64,000 nt of DNA from the human T2T-CHM13v2.0 reference genome, Homo sapiens, in the NCBI RefSeq assembly GCF_009914755.1, contig NC_060932.1. One strand, given 5' to 3'. A program made the position numbers and the translations under genes. The notes beneath the pieces were generated by a model. It saw only the letters and a program-made list of their open reading frames with translations. It was not told the origin of the DNA and ran no database searches. Shown here piece by piece: positions 13,135-28,013 of the stretch (positions are counted from its first letter, which is position 1; every line of letters begins with the position of its first letter).

Positions 13135-14120
13135 TTCCCTGGCACTCTTGAGCATGTTTCCAGACCGCCTGCTTCCTACCCCAGACATGTCAAAATGCGG
13201 TGCTGTAAATGACAGGGCTCTGGTCCCAGATGGACAGCCCGGGCCCTTTGAAGACACTCTGGCCTTCAGGAGTCTGGATCTTTATGCCTGATGGAACTGA
13301 CACGGGCCTGCTATGTTTACAGTGCCTGTTCTCCTGCAGGGTCTCCGGAAGTCATCAGCCGTGCTGGCCAGCACTCCGGAGGATGACAGGAAATTCTGCT
13401 GCAGCTCTGTGGGCTGGCTGGGGTGCATGCTGGACAGGGAGCGGGCGGACAGGGCTGGTAGGGAGGAAAACACCACTGAAATAGTTCAGACCGTATTGTC
13501 AGTGAATTCCTGGATTAGTATGCAGTGCTGCCAATGATCAGATTTGGGTCAGGAAGCCCAGATGGCAGAAAGATTGTGTTAAATCTTTATATTTTTCCAC
13601 GAAATCCTCACCGTTTCAGACCCTGTTTTCTAAGCTATCACCCTAATAATTGTGGATTTTGGATTTCCAAGGCACGTTTTATAGTGGTTGTAAGGAGGGG
13701 ATGGTTGGGTTGGGGATTGGGATGGGAGGGGGGTAGCTGAAGAAATAAGAAAGTGCTGCAGAAAGGAGCACATTCCACACCCAGCTTCTTCCTGATTGTG
13801 TTTCCCTCCAAGCAGCGAACAAGAGGCTGATTCAAGTGGCTCAGTGGCCTCCCTGCCTGGAGTTGGGTTCCTATGCCTTCCAGTGACTAAGGAGGAAATT
13901 CCATTTCAGTTAATCTGTGGCCGCGCATCACCCATGGCATTCTCTATCTTAATTTTATGGCTGCCTCATCTTTTTGGAATTCGCCTTCTTTTTGTGTGTT
14001 GGGTGATAAGTCAAGGAGACATATGGCACAGCTCCACAAAATACAACCACATTTTAGTATTCCGTACACAGTCCTTTCTGGGCATCCCAGGCTTTGTATT
14101 TTCACGTTGGTCGGCCGTGA

Positions 14121-14505
<385 letters not shown>

Positions 14506-16484
14506 TCCTGTTCAGTTTCTTAACCCTTGATGGGACTCCCGGCTAAACACCCCCATTGTCTGGGACCTTGAGATTAGATGCAGTAGCACTGCTGGTTTCA
14601 TGGTGGACTTTGAGTCGGATGGAGGAACTCCTTGGAGTGCGGGAGGAAGGGCTGCGGAAGGTGTCTGAACTATCGTAGCAGTAGGGTCCCTGCCACAGGG
14701 AGGTGAGGCAGCCATCATCACCAGTCCTAAGAGGTACGGTCACCCTCCGCCTCTGTCTCCCTCTCCAGTCCCCATCCAATTTCAGCTTTGAACCCAGCTG
14801 CCGGGTCTTCAAAGCCTGTTCTGACTTACCCAGCAGAGTTGGTTGCTCTGTCCTCTTAGCTTATAGACGCTGCCCGTTTTTTCCCCACGTGGCCCCTGCC
14901 ATTTAGGTCCATGTCTCTCGTGATCCTGTGTGTATTTCCAGTGGAAGGACAAGGTTTGGCCCACTGTATATTTGAAGGCCCTCAATATGGCGTTAGTTCG
15001 TATTTACTGATGGATGAAGAACTCTGAGGAGATCTGGTTGAAAGAGACTTTTAAAAATTAAAGGGAAATGGGTCACGCAGGCCGCGTTTTTGTCCTTGCC
15101 TATTGGCTACTTTTGCTATTCAGATCATCTGTGAATGTAAGTGACTGTCTGCTGTGTTCGCAGTGTGGTTACTGGGAAAACAGAGCTCTCTCTCCCCAAA
15201 TCAGGTGAAACTACAGGAAAACAGTAGGCAAGAGTCTTCAAAGTGATGCATCTCGAGAGAGAGAGGGCCTGGGTCTGAATCATGGCTTTGTGCCTTACCA
15301 GCCTGTGATTCTAGTCACTTTACCTTCTGAGCCTTGTTCTTCCCAGCTGCAAAATGAGTGTGATAATAGCGCTCGCTTCAGGGGATTGTTTCAAGGATCA
15401 GTTGAAATAGTGCACACCGAATGTTTGGCATATGTGCGGAGCTCTTTGGGGGTGACTCATGGGCAACTGTTTTTCATTTAAGAACTGAGTGGATTGGACC
15501 TTTAAGAACTGCTTTGGTCCCACTGTCATGGGAGGTTAGTGCTGTCTGGAGCAGGCATGGGGATGTGGTGGTACAGGGTAGGGTGTAGGGGTCCCCAGAA
15601 TTGGGGGCCTCCGTGTTGGAAAGGGACAGTGGGCAGAGTCCATGCAGGCGCTCTGGGGCTGACAGGGACCTGGGACTTCTTTCTGAGAGGCAGTGACCAG
15701 CCAACTGGAGTGGAGGGTTGTGGGGAAAATGTTTGGCCAAAGGATTTAGGAACCAGAGAGAAGCAGGCACATGATGCTCCTTTTCTTGGTGGGGTGTTCA
15801 TCAGGCCTGTAGCTGCCACAGTCATCACTGTGGCTGAGATTCATACCTGTAGCACCAGAGTGGGAGGCAATTTTTCCAACATGGGGCAGAGGCTGGGTGT
15901 GTGGGGATTGGTTGCAAGGTGCTGGGAGTGGGGTGCAGGGAAGGGCCTCTGCACACCACGTCCGTCCTCATCCTGCTATGAGGTCAGCTCTGTACATGTG
16001 CTGGAAGAGCAATTAGCGGGGTGCCTAAGCAGTGTCCATCATGGACGTGGGTCTCTGCTGGCCACGCAAGGGGAAGATGGGACTGGTGGGAAGATTGGGG
16101 AGATGGAAGCGGGGGCAGTTGTGTGCGAAAGGTACAGGGTCGTGGAAACATGCACAAGAAAGTGACATTTTAGAAGGTGGTTTTTGTTCCATAATAAATT
16201 TATTAGCTTTGGAATCTGACTCTATTGCCTTGGCTTCTCCAAACTTTGGTGTCCTCATCTGCAAACTGGGGATCACAATCTCAGTTTTGCAGGGAATGTG
16301 AAATCCTGACCTGAAATGATCACATGTGTAGGAAGCTGACAAAGAATGCTAATTTTCTTCCTTCTTTTCTTTATGGCCTTTCCTTGGTAAATCTCTGTGT
16401 GATTGATAACTCATGAAGAACCTACCAGTCAAATCAGTTAAATTAAATGACTTCCTAATGATAATAATTAGATTAGTAACTAAT

Positions 16485-16730
16485 AATCATAGCTGACATT
16501 TATCTAGTGCTTATTAACTTCTGGGCAGTGCGAATTTGGTCTCATCTGTTAAATAATTTAATTCCTGTAATAATCCTAGGAGGATGGTGCTATAATTAGC
16601 CCCATTTTACAAACAAGAAAACTGGAGGATCAGAGAGGCTAAGTATAATGTCTAATGTCACACTGCTGAAAGTGGCTTGCTGGTGTTCCAGCCCCAACAG
16701 TCTGGCTCCAGAGTTTGTGCTATTAACCAT
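16485..16730 (-). mobile_element. MIR
   Basis: agctgacatttat...ccccattttacaaacaagaaaactggagg. Confidence 0.7.
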
Positions 16731-16743
16731 TATATCAGTCTGC

Positions 16744-16800
<57 letters not shown>
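16744..16800 (+). repeat. (TG)n(AG)n compound microsatellite
   Basis: Direct reading. Confidence 0.95.
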
Positions 16801-16801
<1 letters not shown>

Positions 16802-18114
16802 TGTGCATTGTACGGTGAAGAGCAATAGAAATCATTATAAGGCATTCCTGTGCTACAGTCTTGGTGGGTCAGGCTTACTTATAGAAGCTGTGAGAAGGAT
16901 GGGGCTATGGGCTTTAACTCAGTTCTGACAATCTGTCACTCCCAGAACCTGAGGCAGGCTGGACCTATAGACTTCCACCTCCTCTTCCTCCTGCCCTGAA
17001 CCGTCCAGGGACTCAGAGGAGGTCAGACAGGTGGGACTCCCAGAATAGTGACCTCCTCTGCCACTTGCAGCCTATGTCGGGCTCCTCTTATAGAGCCACC
17101 CCCTTGCTTATGCTGTAGTGTTCCTTTGTTCTGGCCATAGTTTTCCTGGGCCTGTGTCAGTTGAGTGCGTCCAGATGCAGCTGGGTTGAGACTCAAAGCC
17201 CTGAAGATACCGCAAGGGGAGTGCTCCTGTGTGCAGTTGCTCTGACCTGCACAGCAGGTCGGAGTGGCCGCCGGTCCCCGGCTGCCAGCTGTTTACCTGG
17301 CCGGCCTTGCAAAGGCTCTTCAGGGCCAGGCCCCAGCCGGTGAATCACTGAAACTGATCCCCGTGGCCACTGTGAAGTACGGGACTGGAGGTCTCCGGAG
17401 GAGATGGCAGCTCTAATAAAAACAGGCTGCCAAACCGCAGAAACTGTATAAGCCTCTGTTTCTCATCCTCGCTACCACCCCTGCGTAGTCCCTGTTTTAC
17501 AGTTGAGGAAACCGTGGCCCAGGGAAGGTCGGGAACTTGTCCAAAGGCACAGTCATAGAACTAGGGCTTACACCAGCTGTGTCTAATAGCATGCGTGCCC
17601 CCTCTGCTGTGCTTTTATTTGCTTCTTGGAGTGCTGTTTAGAGAAATTGATGGTTCTTTTGTTGTGACTAGGGGTCCGCACTATGGGTGACCTCCCTGCT
17701 CCCTTTGGCCTCAGGCCCTTATCTTAGGCGATGGCCAAAAGAACAGCTTTACATTCAGTAAACTGTTTTAACTGAACCTCACCACAGGTTTACGGGTGGT
17801 GCTCGTTTCATAATGGATAAAGAATGGGTGTGGCTCAGTGTGGGGAAGTTGGTGGATGGGGAGAGGGCAGCAGAGTAACCAGCTTTTAGTGGAGACCTGG
17901 ATTTGAGTGCCCTGAGTTAGGTGAGCCTTTGTACCTGTTTCTTCACTTCTTGGAGCAGAACATTAGTTTCTCCAGATCCCACATGTGATAAAGTTCTGTG
18001 ATCCTGCAGTTTGAACATCCTGGCATTCAGCTCAGCCCACTGTGCAGAAATCTATACTAAACATGTAGACAGTTTAGGAAGAGGGATTGTTTATTGTGTT
18101 GAATGTTATAGAAT

Positions 18115-18320
18115 AATAGCTACTTAAATTTTGGAGCACTTGCCATTCATCTTCCAAGTGATTTCTACGTGTTGACTCATGTAACACAGGCAACCACCCT
18201 ATAATAAGTACTATGTTTACACACCCACTCTACAGATGAGGAAACTGAGGCTCAGAGGAATTAAGTAATCTGCCAAAGATCCCTTGGCAAGTAAGTGGCT
18301 AAGGGGGGATTGGAACCCAG
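18115..18320 (-). mobile_element. MIR
   Basis: tacagatgaggaaactgaggctcagag. Confidence 0.75.
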
Positions 18321-18571
18321 GGAGAGAGCATAATCCTAGGAGGAGATTCTGCCAAGGTACAGCCCTCCACGATGGAAGGGCAGCAGCCTCCTGTGAGCTG
18401 ACTCACTTGAGTTATTCCACACCATCCCAGTGGAGAAGTTGGATTATCCCTATTGTGATAGAGGAAGAAAGGTGAAGGAATTTGCCAGAAATTATAAATG
18501 GTGACATTCGCATTGAACACATGTCCACTGACCCCAAATACTGGGTCATTTTATATCTTTCCCTCCCTTCT

Positions 18572-19017
<446 letters not shown>

Positions 19018-19924
19018 TCTTCCCTCCCTTCTTGCTAACTTTGAAGCTCAGCTCCTTGTCCAAGAGCCTTTCTGTCCAGGTGTTTTCATGGTGCCTGTGC
19101 CTTCTGCTGGTTTGGAGTGAGCGGTTTCCACAGCATCCTCCCATCAGCCATGCATTCCTCAGGGTCAGGCGCAACATGCTCTTCATATCTGCTCCCTGGC
19201 ACTTGGCCTTCAAACCAGGAATTCACTGCACCTAGCCTGATCCATTGACCTGGGCCCAGTATAGGCCCTCCCATGTTGGGAGGCCATGGGGTGTTAAGGT
19301 TAATGCTGGGCCACACATGACTGTGATGAGTCCCTTTCTCTCTGCTGAAGAACGTGTTTCCATGGGGGACAGGGGCAGTTAAGCCTGGGTTCTGTTGGGC
19401 GCTGCTGCTTGGGTGGGTCCAGTCTGCCCCATGTGGGGTCTGCATTCTATGCCAAGTGTTGGCAGGTTCTGCCAGGTAGAGCTCTTCAGTATGGAAGCAC
19501 TTCCCTGTGCTCAGCCTCTCCCCGACTGTGCACATTTCCTTCTCTTCTGCTGGGGAAATGGAAAACAGCTGACCACTGATTCCTTGAAATCACCTACTCA
19601 GACACTCCAGGGTCTGTGTGGGATTAAGTCGTCCGCAGTCTTTCCCTCCCTTAATCTCTTCTAACCTTCCTCGAAAGTGCCGTTTCCCACCCCATTTTAA
19701 TCATGCCCTTTGCTCTCGCCTGGACATCTCCAGGGGCTCCAGTGCCTCTCTAAGTGAAGGGTTTGGGGCCACACACATGGCTGTCTGTTCTCTCCAGGCC
19801 CACATGCAGAATCCAGCAGCCCCCTGGCCTCACACCTGCTTTTCAGTAGTGGCTGGGACTGCCAGATGAATAGGCTTGAGGCAGCATACGAGTTTGCTAT
19901 ACACTTGCTCAAAACATTAGTGGA

Positions 19925-21163
<1,239 letters not shown>

Positions 21164-21179
21164 TAAAAGAGGACATGTG

Positions 21180-21489
<310 letters not shown>

Positions 21490-24400
21490 GAGGATATGTG
21501 GACACTATGTCTGGCACTTAAACTGGTGGATTCTATAGAGATGGGATGGGTTCATTAGCCCCATTCTACAGATGAGAAAGTAGAGGCTCCATTAGAGCAC
21601 ACAGTGTAGAAGTGGAACCAGGATTGGTCTGACTCTAGAATGCTGCTTTTGATCACTTTTCTATGTTCCTCCTCCTCTACAGTGGACAGGTTTTGTTTTG
21701 TTTCGCTTTGCTTCAGATTCTTGGCTCATGCCAAGTGCTGTGTGCCATGGGTACATCACCTGACCCTGAAGAGCCCAGATCTATGTCTTTTCATGCAACC
21801 TTGCCCTGTGCTTTCCACATATTCACATCCTTCACAGTCAATCCCACCCTGGCCACTAGGCCAATAGGGACTCCCCACATCCCACTTACAGGGGGGCAAA
21901 TATTTATAGCCAAAAGAAAACAGAAGATGTGGGTTTGAGTCACAGTTCCACTATGTGGTCATGGATGAGTGCCTTCAACCCTCAGTACCTCAGTTTCCCT
22001 AAATGTGCAGTGGGAGAGCATGAGAACACTTATCTGATGTCTTCCCTGGGGTTTTGTGAGGATTAAACACACCATGTAGGGGCAAGTGCTTTGAGAATGG
22101 AAAAGCACTGTGCAGACATGAGTGATGTGCATGATGGTTATTGTTAGATGTTCTCTCCTGGAATCAAGTTCAAGCTTCTTGCATACTCAGCAGAGAACAG
22201 ACCCAAACTCCCGAATCTAGTGCTGCGGCATGTGGTTGGTGCTCAATAATGATTTGTTGTGTGAACAAGTGCATGAATGAGTAGTAGGTCAATGACCTCA
22301 ATGTGGGCCTGGTCAGGATTTAGATTTCTTGTCTTTGTGTGTGCTCAGCCCAGGACTGAATGCACAGCAGGCTGTCAGGAAGTAGTCATGGATTGATGTG
22401 TCCGTATTCGCCATAACCAAGCAGGAGATAGATGATTTCGTTCTGGTCTCTGGATTTTGGCTGCATTTTCTCTCATAGTAGGAATTATTCCCGGAAGATC
22501 CAAATGCTCAGCTTTGTCCTCCTCTCATCCTGGTGAGGCGTGTGATCCAGGTGAGAAGCAGGGAGAACTGGCCTTCCTGGTGGGAAGTTGTGGGCCATCA
22601 CCTTAAGCTTGGCTTGTAGTGGTGGGAGACCTGTGTTCCTTCCTTCCTGAGCCCCACTTCCTCTTGATTTTATTGTATTTTTAGCAGCACTGAGCTGAAG
22701 CTTTCTGGGTTGCATGTTAGAGGCAGCACTTCTTGCACAAGCTAGGGGAGCGTGAGTATCGTTTCGGTTCTGATAGCAGGATGGATTGTTATGTATCCTT
22801 TCTGATGGAGGCTACCAAAAGCTTTAGATGTTAGGATGGATTATCTCACCTTGCACAAGACAGTGAGTGCTAGAGTTTAAGTTTTCTCCTCTGCAAAATA
22901 AGGAGTGGCAGTGAGACTTAGAGCATCTCTCAAGCCCACTTTGGCCCAAAAGTTCCATGACTGTGGCAGTCTAGAGTAAATGTGTTTGATAGCCCCTAGT
23001 TACAACTCTCTTCTGTCTCTTCCCCTTTCTGCCTGCGCTACCATCTAATCCATCCACGCAACCACCCATCCACCCACCCACATTTCCTAGCCAGCTCTCT
23101 GGACCAGGCCTTGTGTTAAGTCCTGAAGACACAGAAAAGGCTAAAACAGCCCCTGGTCTTAAGGACTCACAGATCATGAGGAGGCGATAGATACTGGAAT
23201 AGAAGGCAAAAGTCAAATGTCATGAGTGCTGGGATTCAGAAAGGTGCAGGCTGCTCTGGTAGCAATAAAGGAAACCAGCTCTCCCTTGAGATCCCTTTCA
23301 TGAGGGTTATAGCCTGGATCCTGTGATGACCCAGGACAGACTGGTCTTGATCCAGGGGAACCATATCAGTGACCTCAAGAGGCCCCTTTTAGCCACAGTA
23401 ATCTATGATGTGGAGTTCTCAATTGCTGGCTTTGCTGGAGAAAGAGAGAAGGAAGAAATAGAGGGGCCGGTCAGCCCTCCTGTACATTTAGTTTGCGGTC
23501 TCAAACCTCTGTTTCCTGGAGCTGCAGGCTGTATGTGTGGGAGGTGCACAGCAGTGGCTTGGCCGCCCCAACGCGCCTACAGCCCGCTCTGGGGACAGCC
23601 GTCTTTTGGCAGAGTCTGCCTCTGCAGTGGTGGCAGCTGGCCCAGGCAGACCTCCTCTCTGTCCGGTTAGTCAGCGTCTGGTGGCCAAGGGCAGAGTGGA
23701 GCCTGTGTTTCCGACAGGCCAGCTGCCCCTCAGAGTGAGGCAGCGCCGTGATTCTGAGGGTGATGCTGGCGTTCGCCCCTCAACCCTGTCCCCCACAAGG
23801 AGATTACGGACAAGGCAGCATTTCTAATAAGCAGCCTCTGCTTGCCCCGTAGCAGATGAAAGACTGCGTGTAAGAGTGGGTAATTTTGGGTTTTCCTGAT
23901 GAAAGTAGTTGACATTTGTGCTGAGACCTCATGCGCTCTGCAGCGCTGCCTTTCATCTCTGCTCTCAAAGCCCTGCTCATCTCTGCCATGACTCGGGGGC
24001 GGCCTGCGCCACCGGAATTCAGTTGGGCCAGTGGTGAAATATAGAGGAAATGGTGGAATGACCCCTGAAGGCAGTGGATGGGGGAGTGGAGACAAGTCCT
24101 GACTTTCCTGGTGGAGGGGATGTTCCTGGGGGTGTGGAACTGTGTATCGGCCCATGCAGCACAGCCAGGGAAAGAGTGTGGATCTTGGAGCTTGGTATGG
24201 CTGGCTAGATTGGAAAGGCAGCTCCTCCACGGACTTGCTCGGTGAATGGAGGGCATCCTTTCTCTTCCCTGATCTGTGTCCTCATTTGTCAGTGGGAATA
24301 ATAGAATAACATTACTACCAACGACGATGGCTTTCACAACTGGAACCACTAGGCCCTCAGGAATGTTTACTGGCTTCTAGTCTCATTGATAAACTGAAGC

Positions 24401-26239
24401 CATTGTGCCATAGCTCTAGAGAACTGGCACTAGGGGCTTGCATGATTCATCTGAGTTCCCCAGACAATGCTGGCACATAGTAGGCCCTCCATAAAGTAAG
24501 AAGGGACACTTTGCTCCTGACATCCATACAGCTCCTCTAGCTTTGCAGAGAAAGCCCTAGAGAGAAAGAATGTGAAGGAACAAAGGGTCAGGTTAGGTTG
24601 TGCAACCTTTCTGATATGCATTTGTAATGCAGTGAGCAAATGCACAAGCCTTGAGTCGCTGCATTCTTTTCTAACCACCCAAGAGATAAGTTGAACCCCC
24701 ACTCGTAGCAACCTGGCCACTTGTCTGTTTAGTCAGCCCTGGAATACCTCCACTGACGGGGCACTCACTACCACTGAAAGATGGTGTGCAGAATTCTAAT
24801 GTTCTTCCTCTCGCGGGGTCGTGGGGGCTTTCTTCCAGTTCTCTGGGTTCTGATCGTTGGGGCTGTCCTGACACCCTTCTTCAGATGACCGCTGTCAGGT
24901 TGGTGAAGGCAGTGCGCGTTGGGCCTTCCCTCCCTAGAGATGTGATTGCACGTCGGGTACCAGGAGCCTGGCCAGCCCTCAGCTTCTGCTAACCAGGGAG
25001 CAGTGAAGCCCGGTTTACTTTTGTTGGCTTGTTTATTTTCTAATGTCACCTGCCTCTGCACTTTAAGTAGTATTTGGGCTGTTATGGAGTGTGCACATTC
25101 TAACACAGCACCTTGTCAGCTGGCTGAGAAGCTGAAAATTCTCGGCATTCCTCCTTGATGTCAATTACTTCAAGGAGCAGGAAGGTGACTTCTTTTAACA
25201 AGTGGAAAGGATTCAGGTAACAAAGCCATTTCCTCTTCTTAACCCTCTACTGTGGAAAGTTATTGACTTAGCGACACAGTCTGTTTATCTGGGCTTCAGG
25301 AGCAGGGCTTTGGAGACTGAAGGCTTCTCCCCACTTTTGTGCAATGTTATATATTTTTTCTCACTCTTCATCCAGTCTGAGTGGGGTCTGCCCCCTCCCC
25401 TGAGCAGTCACCATCCTGCTACCCACTCCGGCTCTATTGGCGACTGTGGCATAGGGTGGTGGAAAGGACGCTGGACTGAGAGCCCAGAGATCAGATGTCT
25501 GACCTTCCCTCTGCCTGGAAGAGCTGCCTGGCCTCTGATCAGGGTCCCTACCTTCGTTTTCTGGCCTCACTCACTGTGGCCCACCATCCAGCAGTGCAGG
25601 TGTCCTGGGGACTCGGGGAAGGTCAGAAGTGGAAGGAAAGCCTCCAAGCCCTCGCATGCAGGCCCACCATTCCACTGTCAGGTTTTCTTCCCTTTCCTTC
25701 TGCTCTACATTTTGTGCCAGCAGTTTGGGGGTCTCCTGAATCTTATCCCTTCGCAGCGGTAGGCAGGTGCAATTTCTGGCCAGTCACTGAACATGAAGAA
25801 GCATCTATAGGCGGAGTTAAATCCAAAACACTTGGCCTGACACACCTGGCCTTGAAGTCTCCCCCAGCCTCTCCTCTTGTCCCCAACAGTGGTTCATGTT
25901 CTAGCCACACAGAAATTGAGGGGGTCCTGTGTTATCTGTGTTCCTGCAGACAGAGCTTGCCTAGGACAGCAAAAGTCATCCTAACATAAAAATATGCATG
26001 AATAAACTCACTGCCAACATTCAGCCCACCCACATCCAATGATAATCAGTCATTTACTGATGGCCAGACGTTGTAAACATCTGTCAGTCCACTGCAAGAA
26101 CAGCAGAAACTCGTAGCTGACCTCCATTTGGCCTACTCACTGAATTAAGTGATGTTACTCATTCGCTTTGTAAAAGCAAACTGAGTGAGGCCCCAGGCTC
26201 ATTGAAGACTCTGTGGGTTACCCAGAAGCCCAACTTTCC

Positions 26240-26445
26240 AGATTCAATATTTTTTCTATTTCTTAGCTGTGTTACCTTGGGCAAGTTAATTAACCTCTCT
26301 GTGCCTGCATGTTGCATCTGTAAATGAGACTAATACTAGTACCCACCTTCTAAAGTGATTATGAGCATTAAATGAATTAGTACGTTTAAAGGCTTAGAAC
26401 AGTGTTTTATGATACGATAAACACTCAATAAATGTTAGCTATTGA
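26240..26445 (+). mobile_element. MIR
   Basis: agctgtgttaccttgggcaagttaattaacctctctgtgcct...cactcaataaatgttagctatt. Confidence 0.8.
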
Positions 26446-26499
26446 TATTGGTGTGCCCAGAAGGCTTGTTACTACTAGTTGATTTATGTGCTTGCCAAA

Positions 26500-26890
26500 A
26501 GTTGTTGTGTTGGTAATTAAGTACGACATAAACTAATGAAAATTGAGTTTATAAAGAGTTGTTTTATGAAAAGTTTAGTACTTTGGATAGAATGGATAAT
26601 ATTGATTTGCTAAAAAAAAATTGTCACCAAATAACTTAAAGGCAAAACAGCTGTAAAAAATTGTAAAACCATAGTTTGTATTCCATATGCTTTACAGGTG
26701 ATTAACTTTGGCACTGCTTTAAAGAAACTGAAACCAGGAATTGTAGATGTTGACTTGTGAGTGTGTATTTTGCATGGAAGATGATTTGCATCTCTAGTCA
26801 GCGTGCCAAAAAAAGATCCTACCCTTTGATTGGTTAATAAATATGCAACTATAATAAAATATTTAAGTGTTGGTCCTTAATGATTGCCTA
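26500..26890 (+). mobile_element. Tigger-like (TcMar) DNA transposon fragment
   Basis: AT-rich segment resembling the 5' part of a Tigger transposase (agagttgttttatgaaaa...ctttggataga...ctaaaaaaaattg). Subfamily uncertain. Confidence 0.5.
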
Positions 26891-27367
26891 CATTTTCAAT
26901 GAAATGACAGTGGCAGAACTGAGGAACAGGGGTTTTTCTCTCCAAGGCAGATCAGCTGCCAGAAATTGCACGTTTTGTACCAGCTGCAGGGTTTCCTGGA
27001 ATCAGCAAAGGCCTGTGAGAGGCTGCATGAACCACACACGCTTACTGACACCTCCTGTGTGCCGAGCGCTGAGTAGTGCTGAGGATATAGCAATTGGGGA
27101 GCACTAGCAGAATCAGGGTTGTTAACCGTGGAGAAGAGAAAGGAAAGATGATGTCTCTCTATGCAAATCAAGGGAAAGTGATTTAAAAATGTTAAAAAAA
27201 AAAAGTTAAGAGAGGTCTTCGAAAGGTGTTTTGCAAAATGATTCCTTGGATTAATGATGAAGGAGTGGAGTGAAGGAAGTTTATATTTTGTGAGAAAACG
27301 TGTGCTAAGGAAGGCCTCGACATTAGATTCATTCTGTACACAACTCAGCAAATTAGATCATAGTTTA

Positions 27368-27690
<323 letters not shown>

Positions 27691-27709
27691 TTATAATTTT
27701 TGGTTCATG

Positions 27710-28013
27710 TTTTTTTTTTTTTTTTTTTTTTTTGAGGCAGAGTCTTGCTCTATCATCTAGGCTGGAGTGCAGTGGCGTGATCTTAGCTCACTGCAACCTC
27801 TGCCTCCTGGGTTCAAGCAATTTACCTGCCTCTGCCTCCCGAGTAGCTAGGACTACAAGCATGTGCCACCACGCCCGGTTAATTTTTGTATTTTTAGTAG
27901 AGACGGTGTTTCACCATATTGGTCAGACTGGTCTTGAACTCTTGACCTCGTGATCTGCCCGCCTTGGCCTCCCAAAATGCAGGGATTACAGGTGTGAGCC
28001 ACTGCACCTGGCC
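27710..28013 (-). mobile_element. AluS
   Basis: Full Alu with TSD gttca.gttt. Confidence 0.93.

Noticed and set aside
15539-16165. 208-aa ORF (also the 160-190-aa ORFs near 23.7-26 kb and 37.8-38.4 kb)
   Set aside because: Often non-ATG starts, no recognisable domain or exon structure; expected by chance in GC-moderate DNA.
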